Below are positions 42,001 to 53,835 of a stretch of DNA of 64,000 nucleotides, one piece after another. Numbering within the stretch: the stretch's first letter is position 1; each line of letters starts with the position of its first letter. The stretch covers positions 146,444,001 through 146,508,000 of the forward strand of contig NC_042999.1 of NCBI RefSeq assembly GCF_006345805.1. Direction: 5' to 3'. Under the pieces are notes generated by a model. That model did not search any database. It was not told where the DNA came from and was given only the letters and a program-made list of their open reading frames with translations. The translations under genes were made by a program, and so were the position numbers. Source of the DNA: Octopus sinensis. Lineage: Eukaryota.

Positions 42001-43149
42001 GTCTTATATATATCTCTATCTATATATCTATATCTATAAATCTATATTATATCTATCTATATCTATCTATCTATATCTATCTATCTCTATATCTATATCT
42101 TATATATATATCTAATCTATCTCTATCTATATATTATCTATATAGATACTATATGGTATATCTATATATATATCTATCTATCTAATATCTATATTTATAT
42201 ATCTATATCTATCTATCTATATATATCTATCTCTATATCTATATATATCTATATCTATATCTATATCTATATCTATATCTATATCTATATCTATATCTAT
42301 CTATATCTATCTATCTCTATATATATATCTATATATATATCTATCTATCTCTATCTATATATATATCTATATATATATCTATCTATCTATCTATATATAT
42401 CTATCTATCTATATATCTATATATATCTATCTATCTATCTATATATATCTATCTATATATATCTATCTATATATATATATCTATCTATCTATCTATATCT
42501 ATCTATCTATCTATCTATATATATCTATCTATCTATATATATATCTATCTATCTATATATATATCTATCTATCTATATATATATCTATCTATCTATATAT
42601 ATATCTATCTATATATCTATCTATCTATCTATCTATATCTATCTATATATATATATCTATATCTATATATCTATATCTATCTATATATATATCTATATCT
42701 ATCTATATATATATATCTATATCTATATCTATATATCTATCTATATATATATATCTATATCTATATATCTATATCTATCTATATATATATATATCTATAT
42801 CTATCTATATATATAAATCTATATCTATCTATCTATCTATCTATATCTATATCTATCTATCTATATCTATCTATCTATATCTATCTATCTATCTCTATAT
42901 ATCTATCTATCTATCTATATCTATCTATCTATCTATCTATATATATCTATATCTATATCTATCTATCTATATATCTATATGTATATATCTATCTATCTAT
43001 ATATATCTATCTCTATATCTATATATATCTATATCTATCTATATCTATATCTATCTATCTCTATATATATATATCTATATATATATCTATATATATATCT
43101 ATCTATCTCTATCTATATATATATCTATCTATCTATCTATCTATCTATA

Positions 43150-43180
<31 letters not shown>

Positions 43181-43325
43181 ATCTATCTATCTATATATAT
43201 CTATCTATCTATATATATATCTATCTATCTATATATATATCTATCTATCTATATATATATCTATCTATCTATATATATATATATATCTATCTATATATAT
43301 ATATCTATCTATATATATATATCTA

Positions 43326-43356
<31 letters not shown>

Positions 43357-43573
43357 ATCTATCTATCTATATATATATATATCTATCTATCTATATATAT
43401 ATATATCTATCTATCTATCTATATATATATATCTATCTATCTATATATATATATATCTATCTATATATCTATCTATATATCTATCTATATCTATCTATCT
43501 ATATATATCTATCTATATATATCTATATATATATCTATCTATATATATCTATCTATATATATCTATCTATATA

Positions 43574-43604
<31 letters not shown>

Positions 43605-43973
43605 ATATATCTATCTATCTATCTATATATATATCTATCTATATATATATCTATCTATATATATCTATCTATATATCTATCTATATATATCTATCTATAT
43701 ATATATATCTATCTATATATATCCATCTATCTATCTATCTATATATATATATATCTATATATATATATCTATCTATATATATCTATCTATATATATATAT
43801 ATCTATCTATATATATCTATCTATATATATCTATCTATCTATCTATATCTATCTATCTATATCTATCTATCTATATCTATCTATATATATCTATCTATCT
43901 ATCTCTATCTATATATATATATATATATATATATATCTATCTATCTATCTATCTCTATCTATATATATATATA

Positions 43974-44004
<31 letters not shown>

Positions 44005-44834
44005 ATCTATCTATCTATATCTATCTATCTATCTATATCTATCTATCTATATCTATCTATCTATCTATCTATATATCTATCTATCTATCTATATATCTAT
44101 ATATATATATCTATCTATCTATATATATATATATCTATCTATCTATCTATCTATCTATATATATATATCTATCTATCTATATATATATATCTATCTATAT
44201 ATATATATATATCTATCTATCTATATATATTTATCTATCTATATATATATATATATCTATCTATCTATATATATTTATCTATCTATATATATATATATAT
44301 ATCTATCTATCTATCTATCTATATTTATCTATCTATCTATCTATCTATATATATTTTCTATCTATCTATCTATCTATCTATATAATTTATCTATCTACTA
44401 TCTATCTATATATATCTATATATATATATTATATATATATCTATATATATCTATATATATATCTATATATATCTATATATATATCTATATATTATATCTA
44501 TATATATCTATATATAATCTATATATATCTATCTATATATATCTATATATATATATCTATATATATCTATATATATATATCTATCTATATATATGATTTT
44601 TGATTTTTCCAGTTTCAGCTAATGAGCTGTGGCCATGTTTGGGCACCGCCATTTGGTTTGCTACACGGGTTTACCTCACGGATGCTTTTTAGCAAACGCC
44701 ATCTGATGCATGAGAGAATTCGATGCAGCCGCCCTCATCTGCACCTCCTGCAGTGAAGTTGGTTCATCCGGGATATATATATATATCTATATATATATAT
44801 ATCTATATATATAGATATATATATATATATATAT

Positions 44835-44873
<39 letters not shown>

Positions 44874-45066
44874 TATATATATATATATAGATATATATAT
44901 ATATATATATATATAGATATATATATATATATAGATATATATATATATATAGATATATAGATATATATATAATAGATATATATATATATAGATATATATA
45001 TATATAGATATATATATATAGATATATATATATATATATAGATATATATAGATAGATAGAGATATA

Positions 45067-45097
<31 letters not shown>

Positions 45098-45133
45098 GAT
45101 ATAGATATCTATATATATATATAGAGAGAGAGA
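41689..45133. repeat. Giant compound (ATCT)/(AT) microsatellite, about 3.4 kb
   Basis: Directly visible; interrupted at 44596-44772. Confidence 0.95.
44596..44772 (-). mobile_element. Short 3' fragment of the same CR1-like LINE embedded in the giant microsatellite
   Basis: Reverse complement aligns with about 48995-49165 (gatgaaccaacttcac...ggcggtgccc..catggccacagctcat.agctgaaact). Confidence 0.8.
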
Positions 45134-45837
45134 GGTCTCTGTGTCTTTGTCAACCCATCACTACTTGACAACTGGTGTTAGTGTGTTTAAAATCCCATAA
45201 CTTAGCAATTCGGCAAAAGATACCAATAGAAGAAGTACTAGGTTTAAGAAAATAAGTCCTGATGTTGAGTCGTTTGACTAAAACCCTTCAGGGCGGTGCT
45301 CCAGCATGGCCACAATCAAATGACTGAAAGAATAAAAGAATATTTAGGAGAATGTAAAATAGTGGCCATCCTCATTTGGTATTAAGGTAGGAGCCTTTGA
45401 GAGGAGAGGGTGCCATGAGAATTAAAGAAAGGGTCAGAGAAACTGTCATGTTTAATGAAATGAAGAGGATTTTTAAACCTCATTGGTCACCATAATAAAA
45501 AGAAAGAATTCATATGGAAGCATGGCTGCGTGGTTAAGTGTGCAGCTCAACTGTTTTGTTTTGGGTTCAGTCCCACAGCATAGTACTTTGAGCAAGGCAT
45601 CTGCTACAATAGCCCCAGGTCAACCAAAAGCCTTGAGTGGAAGATGGAAACCAAAAGAAGATGGAAACCAAAGAAGCCTGGAGTGGAAGATGGAAACCAA
45701 AAGAAGTTCATTGTGTGTGTGAGCAAGAGAGGGAGAGAAAGCAGGAGAGAGAGGGAGAGAAAGAGAGAGTGTGAGAGAAAGAGGGAGAGAGAGTGTGAGA
45801 GAGCTTGAGAAAGAGGGAGAGAGCGCTGAGAGAGAGA

Positions 45838-46420
45838 GCGTGAGTGATAGAGAGAGAGAACATGAGTGATAGAGAGATAGAACATGAGTGATAGAGAGAG
45901 ATAGAACATGAGTGATAGAGAGAGATAGAACATGAGTGATAGAGAGAGATAGAACATGAGTGATAGAGAGAGAGAACATGAGTGATAGAGAGAGATAGAA
46001 CATGAGTGATAGAGAGAGATAGAACATGAGTGATAGAGAGAGAGAACATGAGTGATAGAGAGAGATAGAACATGAGTGATAGAGAGAGATAGAACATGAG
46101 TGATAGAGAGAGAGAGAACATGAGTGATAGAGAGAGAGAGAACATGAGTGATAGAGAGAGAGAGAACATGAGTGATAGAGAGAGAGAACATGAGTGATAG
46201 AGAGAGAGAACATGAGTGATAGAGAGAGAGAACATGAGTGATAGAGAGAGAGCATGAGAGAGTGAGAGAGAGAGAGCATGAGAGAGTGAGAGAGAGAGAA
46301 CATGAGTGATAGAGAGAGAGAGAACATGAGTGATAGAGAGAGAGAACATGAGTGATAGAGAGAGAGCATGAGAGAGTGAGAGAGAGAGAGCATGAGAGAG
46401 TGAGAGAGAGAGAGAGCATG
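45838..46420. repeat. Minisatellite [AGAACATGAGTGAT(AG)n], unit about 22-26 bp
   Basis: About 20 copies of catgagtgatagag, grading into GA-rich sequence. Confidence 0.9.
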
Positions 46421-47062
46421 AGAGAGTGAGAGAGAGAGAGAGTGTGAGCGAGAGAGAGAGTGTGAGAGAGAGAGAGTGTTAGCGAGAGAGAGAGTGTTAG
46501 CGAGAGAGAGAGTGTGAGAGAGAGAGAGAGTGAGAGAGAGAGTTGTAGTCTATGGTATGTTACATTTAATGAAATGCGTGACCAAAACCCTCACTGTTTC
46601 ACTAGTTACAGTGCTTCACCAAGTTCAAACCCTGCTGAGGTCATCTTCCTTTTCAATCCTTCCAAGGTTGATACTATAAAATACTGAGGTCATCGTTATC
46701 CTGAACTAACCCCTCACAGCTAATTTCTAACTTTCTACCTATGTTGGAAATTACTAATACTGCTACAATATCAAATTTTGTTTTTGATGGGGTGATTCAG
46801 TTCCCTTTTTCCATGAATTTTTACATTTTACTCTTTTTTGAAAAGCTCCCCCATCTGAGATTATCAATCTGAAAAATTTATTTTAAAAAAAAAAAGTCAA
46901 AACTGAAATTTTGTTGTCTAGCGAGAGTCATCATGCCAATATAGTTAACACACACACACACACACACACTGGTTCAATCCCACCCACTTATCAAATATTA
47001 CAGTTTCTCAAAACTGAAAATTACAGAAAAGGGGATCAGAAACCTCTTTCTCCTATTTTTCA

Positions 47063-47216
47063 TGTGGCTGTGTGATAAGTAGCTTGCTTACGAACCACAT
47101 GGTTCCAGGTTCAGTCCCATTGTGTGGCACCTTGGGCAAGTGTCTTCTTTTATAGCCTCGGGCCGACCAAAGCCTTGTGAATGGATTTGGTAGACAGAAA
47201 CTGAAAGAAGCCCGTC

Positions 47217-47266
<50 letters not shown>

Positions 47267-47465
47267 CTGTGTTTGTCCCCCCAACATCACTTGACAACTG
47301 ATGCTGGTGTGTTTACATCCCCGTAACTTAGTGGTTCGGCAAAAGTGACTGATAGAATAAGTACTAGGCTTCCAAAGAATAGGTCCTAGAGTCAATTTCT
47401 TTGACTGAAGGTAGTGCTCAAGCATGGCCACAGTCAAACGACTGAAATGAGTAAATAAGAGTAAA
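47063..47465 (+). mobile_element. SINE family A
   Basis: Aligns with 20172-20580. Confidence 0.88.
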
Positions 47466-47694
47466 TGAGTATCTGTTATCTGCTTAAAACACACATCCCA
47501 AGAAAATTATGGTTTTTTAACACACTAATTTCTGAACTATTTTATAGTAATAACATTTTTTTTTATATATATGACATGGTGACATTTATGCTTCTCTCAA
47601 TTAGCAAAATAATTTGTGAAATGGTCATAAATTCCAGAAAGATTAATTGTTGGATTTGTTAGATTATTCCAGAGTGATTGGCAGTATCTTGCCC

Positions 47695-48124
47695 TTTACT
47701 TGTTTCAGTCATTAGACTGAGGCCATGCTGGAGCACCAGCTTGAAAACTTTTTACTTATTTCTTTTTTTACTTCTTTCTTTCTTTAAGCCTGGTACTTGT
47801 TCTCATCATCATCGTTTAACGTCCGCTTTCCATGCTAGCATGGGTTGGATGATTTGACCGAGGTCTAGCGAACAAGATGGCTGCACCAGACTCCAATCCG
47901 ATCTGGCAGAGTTTCTACAGCTGGATGCCCTTCTTAACACCAACCACTCCAAGAGTGTAGCAGGTGCTTTTACGTGCCACCGACACGAGGGCCAATCAGG
48001 CGGTACTGGCAACGGCCACACTCAAATGGTGCTTTATCAATATCTTTTGCCAAACCGCTAAGTTATGGGAATGTACACACCAATACCAGTTGTCAAATGA
48101 TGGTAGGGAGACAAATAGATACAA

Positions 48125-48178
<54 letters not shown>

Positions 48179-48335
48179 CAGGCTTCTTTCAGTTTCTATC
48201 TACCAAATCCACTCACAAAGCTTTGGTTGACCCAAGGCTATGGTAGAAGACACTTGCCCAAGCCGCCATTCAGTGGAGTGGAACTGAATATGGAACTATG
48301 TGGTAAGGGAGGAAGCTTCTTACCACATAGCCACT
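47695..48335 (-). mobile_element. SINE family A copy interrupted by another element (47804-48030) ending in gcggacgttaaac(gat)n
   Basis: Family A tail at 47695-47800 and body/head at 48040-48335 flank an unrelated repeat with an RTE-like (GAT)n tail. Confidence 0.7.
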
Positions 48336-48368
48336 CAGTTTTATACTTGGTGCAATTTTATACAGAAA

Positions 48369-48741
48369 AACAAGAACACTCAGAGAGCTCAAACTTCCTC
48401 CAAGGCAACACCAATGTCCTCTCAATGATTAGCCGGAGATGATTTTTAAAATGAAAATATCTAAAATAAACTCGACTGCTCTTACAAACAAGAATACTAA
48501 AAATAAACCCGACCACTCGCAAAAATTAAATAAAAAAAAAAAACAGTAAAATAATCCAGAATCCTTGTCCGGTACCAGATCAATCCCAAAATCTAATCAG
48601 TTCATGCCAGTCATGAAGCCAAATATCCCTGAAAGTTTCATCTGAATCCATCAAGCGGTTCTTGAGGTATCTTGTCCACAGACAAACAAACAAGCATGAC
48701 TGAAAACAATACCTCTGCTTTCACCAAAGCAGAAGTAATAA
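48369..48741 (-). mobile_element. Helentron-associated non-autonomous element (HINE-like), second copy
   Basis: Reverse complement aligns along its length with 29520-29890. Confidence 0.65.
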
Positions 48742-48769
48742 TTTGATATGGTGGTATTCATGCCTTTCT

Positions 48770-49182
48770 CAGGAATATCAGCAAAATAATTTCTGTGAAA
48801 CAGCTGCCAGAACTGGGCGCCACTGCGTGGTGCCTAGGACTCCAAACTTGCCATCAAGATGTAGGACAAGATTCTGTGATAGCCTGGGCTTCCGAGGCCC
48901 ACAGCTCTTCAATATCCTCCCGAAGAACCTGAGAGACCTGCATGGGGTGGATACAGATGTCTTTAAAATGAAGCTGGATCTCTTCCTGTCAGGTATCCCA
49001 GATGAACCAACTTCACGGCAGGAGGGGCAGATGAGGGCAGCTGCATCGAACTCTCTCATGCACCAAATAGCAGTTGCTAGAAAGCCTCCATGAAGTGAAA
49101 CCAAGTAGCAACACCAAATGGCGGTGCCCCAGCATGGCCACAGCTCATAAGCTGAAACTAGAATCAATCAATCAATCAATCA
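48770..49182 (+). mobile_element. CR1/L2-group LINE 3' end with (ATCA)n tail
   Basis: RGPQLFNILPKNLRDLHGVDTDVFKMKLDLFLSGIPDEP (N.LP...FK..LD motif), followed by a 3' UTR and tetranucleotide tail. Confidence 0.8.
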
Positions 49183-49610
49183 AACTTCCAAAAAGATTGT
49201 TGCATAACCAGATTATTCAACAGCAATTCTTCTGGCTTAGACAAACATCTAACTAACATCTTTAAGGGCTGTGGATTTAGTTGACCACAGCAGATAAATG
49301 TTAGGTGACGTTAGACCATGTATTGGTTTGTTATAAACAAAAGAAAATAAAATAGATCCTCATTTAAGAGGGACCCCAGGTAGTCCAATCCATTAGGCTG
49401 GATTTGAACTGGAGACGTGAATGCAAAAACTGTAACTATTGAAAAATATTTACTTTGATGGTCCACACTCTCAGCTATCTTCACAGCTCTAGGTTCCATT
49501 CTTATCTTTTTACATTTTACTTGTTTCAGTCATTGGACTACAGCAATGGATGGGCAGTGCCTCAAACAGGGAAGTTAGATCAACCCCATAATTTAAAAAA
49601 TTTTTTATAA

Positions 49611-49993
49611 GTGTAGAAGTGGCTATGTGGTAAGTAGCTTGCTTACCAACCACATGGTTCCGGGTTCAGTCCCGCTGCGTGGCACCTTGGGCAAGTGTCT
49701 TCTACTATAGCCTCGGGCCAACCAAAGCCTTGTGAGTGGATTTGGTAGATGGAAACTGAAAGAAGCCTGTCGTATATATGTACGTATATATATGTGTGTG
49801 TGTGTTCCAACATCGCTTGACAACTGATGCTGGTGTGTTTACGTCTCCGTAACTTAGCTGTTCGGCAAAAAGACCGATAGAATAAGTACTAGAGTTACAA
49901 AGAATAAGTCCTGGGGTCGATTTGCTCGATTAAAAGCGGTGCTCCAGCATGGCCACAGTCATATGACTGAAACAAGTAAAAGAGTAAAAAGAG
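49611..49993 (+). mobile_element. SINE family A, nested in an older opposite-strand copy (about 49505-50250)
   Basis: Aligns with 20172-20580; the flanks match family A on the minus strand. Confidence 0.85.
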
Positions 49994-50352
49994 TGGTGCT
50001 TATTTTATCCATCCCTTATGCCAATCCACTAAGTTACAGGGACGTAAACAAACCAACACCAATTAAGCAGGTGGAGGACAAATAGATACATAACAGACAT
50101 CCACAGTCTCTGTCTGCCAAATTCACTCACAAATTATTGGTTGGCCAGACCGTGATAGAAGATCATTAAAGTGATGCACGGTGAGATTGAACCCAAAACC
50201 ATGTGGTTGGAAAGTGAGCTTCTTTATCATATAGCCAAGCCTGCGCCCATCCTTAGTTTTTGTCTGAGAGTTGGTATTTGTAGGGAGTGGAAGCATGAGA
50301 ATTTTTTTTTTTTACGTGGGTGAAAATTCTCTATTTCCTGAATGCTGAGGGC

Positions 50353-50445
50353 TTACTCTTTTATTTGTTTCAGTCATTTGACTGTGGCCATGCTGGAGTA
50401 CCGCCTATAGTCGAGCAAATCATATATAAGTCGACAAACATATAT

Positions 50446-50482
<37 letters not shown>

Positions 50483-50642
50483 CGACGGGCTTCTTTCAGT
50501 TTCCGTTTACCAAATCCACTCACAAGGCTATGGTCGACCCGAGGCTATAGTAGAAGACACTTGCCCAAAGTGCCACGCAGTAGGACTGAGCCCGGAACCA
50601 TGTGGTTGGTAAAGAAGCTACTTATCACACAGCCACTCCTGC
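50353..50642 (-). mobile_element. SINE family A with internal deletion
   Basis: Reverse complement aligns with the family A head and tail. Confidence 0.85.
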
Positions 50643-51487
50643 GAACACGTTTAATAACAGGCGCACAAACGGAAAGAATCCTATGCACATACTTTCTTTG
50701 CAAAGAAAGACGAAATTTAAACAGAAAAATTTCTGCGTACACCAACAGCAAAATAAAACGGTGGAGGGGTGGGGAATAGAAGGAACACTGCTGGTTGATC
50801 ACCAGCAGTAAAACTATATGTACCCGTAAAGGAGTTATGTGATGAAATGGGGGTAGCTGAAACCAAAACCTACAGTCACACTGAAATAGGGTATGTTAAA
50901 TTACATCCAGAGAGAGGGAGAGAGAAAGGATGTGTGTTGTGGAAGAGGGAATAAGTGACCTGCGCTACGATCACTAAATAGATCAGGATATGTGTGTGCG
51001 TGTGCGTGCACACGCGCGCACAGACACACACACAACTATTCATACACAAACACTCACCTATTGTCCATAGTGATGGTAACGCACCTCACCTAGTCTCCGC
51101 AATGGACACCAAGTTTCACCTCTGGGTGGCATAGAGTCTTTCAGGCAAGTTAAGACCCTGTGCATTCGCAGGTGAAACTCGAAGTAGCAAGAGACTGACT
51201 GACTCGACCAAAATTAAATATTACTTACTCTCCACTGTGGTATTGAGTACTTGGTGTGTGTGTGTGAGTGTATCCAAGCACATGATGTATAAAGGGCCTC
51301 GAAAACAACGTGTGCATTTAAACAGTTTGTGTCATCCCACAGTATCTATTTACGTTGAGAACGTCCTTGAGAAGTACACGCATGAACATCACAACACCAT
51401 ACAATCTCATTTCGCATTCCATAAGCTTTGTACTTATTTGTAATACGACGTGAATCCATAACTAGTTAGAAAACAGAGATAGATTGA

Positions 51488-51540
<53 letters not shown>

Positions 51541-51545
<5 letters not shown>

Positions 51546-52382
51546 AAAGGGCTTAGTAAAATAAATTACTTTGCCGCATACTGAACTCATTAGAAATAGC
51601 AGCTAAAAAAAACTTTTTTAAAACTATTTCTAATACTTAAAGAAAACCTCTCTCATATAGTGTTTGCTCAATTCAACTCACGCAAATATGGGGGTAGAGA
51701 CATTAAAAAATCAAGTGCAAAGGTTATTTGAGAACGTACGTTTCAAGATTAGTCAACACGACACTTCTATCATCAGCTCAGAACTCCCTGGTTTGGATTT
51801 GAAAACACTGAAAGTAGGAGCATACCCTTTCGGCCTCCTCTCGCTTCCGAAGATCTGCTCGCAACTAACAGTGCCAACAAACTCAAAAATGCAAGCGAAG
51901 AATTTCTGCTCTCCCCTTTCCACCAGCGTGGGTTAAAATCAGCAAACACTATGCTTTTTTCGGTAAAATCTGCGGCATTATATAGAGAGAGATGAATTAT
52001 AATTTCAACAATTGAGGGTAAAATTAATTAATTAATCAATTTCACCAAGTGTTCAGTATGCAAAGGGACCATTTAAGGCGAATTCAAATTATTACATTAT
52101 ATAAAAGGGCTTAGTAAAATAAATTACTTTGCCGCATACTGAACTCATTAGAAATAGCAGCTAAAAAAAACTTTTTTAAAACTATTTCTAATACTTAAAG
52201 AAAAAGTTTTAAAAAAGTTTTTTTTAGCTGCTATTTCTAATGAGTTCAGTATGCGGCAAAGTAATTTATTTTACTAAGCCCTTTTATATAATGTAATAAT
52301 TTGAATTCGCCTTAAATGGTCCCTTTGCATACTGAACACTTGGTGAAATTGATTAATTAATTAATTTTACCCTCAATTGTTG

Positions 52383-52385
<3 letters not shown>
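51541..52385 (-). mobile_element. Second retrozyme-like element: about 1.2 copies of a 558-bp unit plus a 5' inverted segment (52205-52385), inserted in (TA)n
   Basis: atataaaagggcttagtaaa... occurs at 51541 and 52099 (period 558). 52205-52385 is the reverse complement of about 52001-52183. (TA)n flanks both sides. Contains a minus-strand hammerhead. Confidence 0.78.
51729..51780 (-). ncRNA. Type I hammerhead ribozyme with palindromic stem III and GUU triplet
   Basis: Minus strand: tgag-CTGATGA-tagaagtgtcgtgttgactaatctt-GAA-acgtacgt-T-ctca. Stem I tgag/ctca; stem II is imperfect (aga/tct, gtc/gac). Confidence 0.75.
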
Positions 52386-52426
<41 letters not shown>

Positions 52427-52888
52427 TGAGTTTTCGTCAGAAGTCTTGCCAAATTGTTTGCCTCAGCTCTCTCTTTCATACACACATACACACAGAATTT
52501 TACTGCTAGGAGACTTCTGGTTGACAAAAGCATTGGAAATTAGTTCAGGCACCTCAGTCTCTAATTGTACAAAGGAATGGATAAAACGACAATAAGAAAA
52601 TTTACAAAAAGCAGCAGGGAAGGTTTTGAATGAGGTAGTAATAGAGGGGGAAGAAGAGGTGCCGGCGAAATAAATGCAGTATCCCGCGGGAGAACAAGAA
52701 GAAAAAAAAAAAGGTTGTTATTGAGGGAAGACAGCTAAGACATATCACATTGACCGACCCAAGACCATTACTTACTACTCACCTTAATTTCAAAACTATT
52801 TTTGTTAATTGAATACAAGTTTTATTCGCGTTTTCGGCAGTATTTTTTCCATATAAGGAACACACACACACACACGTGTATGTATGTA

Positions 52889-52954
<66 letters not shown>

Positions 52955-53109
52955 TTTTCTTTTTAAAGTTGATAATAAACAAAAGAAACAAGAGGGAAGC
53001 AAATCACCAAGATATACAAATGCCGTTATACTAGACAAATAGACATATCTACAGATTGGTGCCCCACTCTCGAATTTATTTCTTCCGAACTCCCCGAGTA
53101 ATCTTTTTC

Positions 53110-53413
53110 ATCTTTTCACTTGTTTAGGCATTAGACTTTAAGCCTGATACTCCATCGTTCTCTTTTACCGAACCGCTAAGTTACGGGAACGTAAACATAC
53201 CAACACCGGTTGTCAAGTGGTGATGGGAGACAAAGACACTATATATGCACACACACACACAACAGGCTTCTTTCAGTTTCCGCCTTCCAAATTCACTCAC
53301 AAGGCTTCGGTGGGACCGAGGCTAAAGAAGACACTTGCCAAAGATCCCACGCAGTAGGACTAAACTCAGAATCATGTGGTTAGGAAGCAAGCTTCTTTCC
53401 ATACAGCCACGCC
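53110..53413 (-). mobile_element. SINE family A, diverged
   Basis: Reverse complement aligns with family A. Confidence 0.75.
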
Positions 53414-53479
53414 TAAAATCAAATTCTTGTTTTGAAAGGAGTTTCCGATCATTTTCCACTCACTGATCACAAGTTTACC

Positions 53480-53835
53480 ATAACTACAGTTTAGCACCCC
53501 GATTTTGTTCCTTCATAACTTCATTCAAAATGCATATTTTTAAATAATATTTTGCAAGAATATGAATTCGTGAGAGTTGATTACGTAACGTTGGCTCCTT
53601 AGATATATAAATCTGAAAACAAGTAAAAAAAAAATACTAGCTACAGAAATTGATATTAACGAAACCGGTCTGGGTGAGGAGGTTTCGAATCTACTTCGAA
53701 ACATTGTCTTCCCATATTTTTTATCAGCATAATTGTAACTCACACTATCGAAAACGTATTTCTGCAAAGTTTCATTTTCAAAATTTTCAGAAAGTTATGA
53801 AGAAACAAATTTGAGGGGCCCTAAACTGTAGTTAT
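53480..53835. mobile_element. MITE with about 40-bp imperfect terminal inverted repeats
   Basis: ataactacagtttag..cccc..tttgtt.cttcataact versus agttatgaagaaacaaa..gggg..ctaaactgtagttat. Confidence 0.7.

Noticed and set aside
42979-44385. 468-aa ORF and many other Y/I/L/S-, H/T- or C/V-rich ORFs
   Set aside because: These are translations of (AT)n, (ATCT)n and (CA)n microsatellites that lack stops by composition.
45604-46419. ORFs of 213-271 aa over a repeat with short spacers, superficially CRISPR-like
   Set aside because: A simple minisatellite; the spacers are only (AG)n length variants, the context is eukaryotic and there are no cas genes.
53661-53670. gaaaccggtc motif inside the MITE
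   Set aside because: No CUGANGA or stem I partner upstream.
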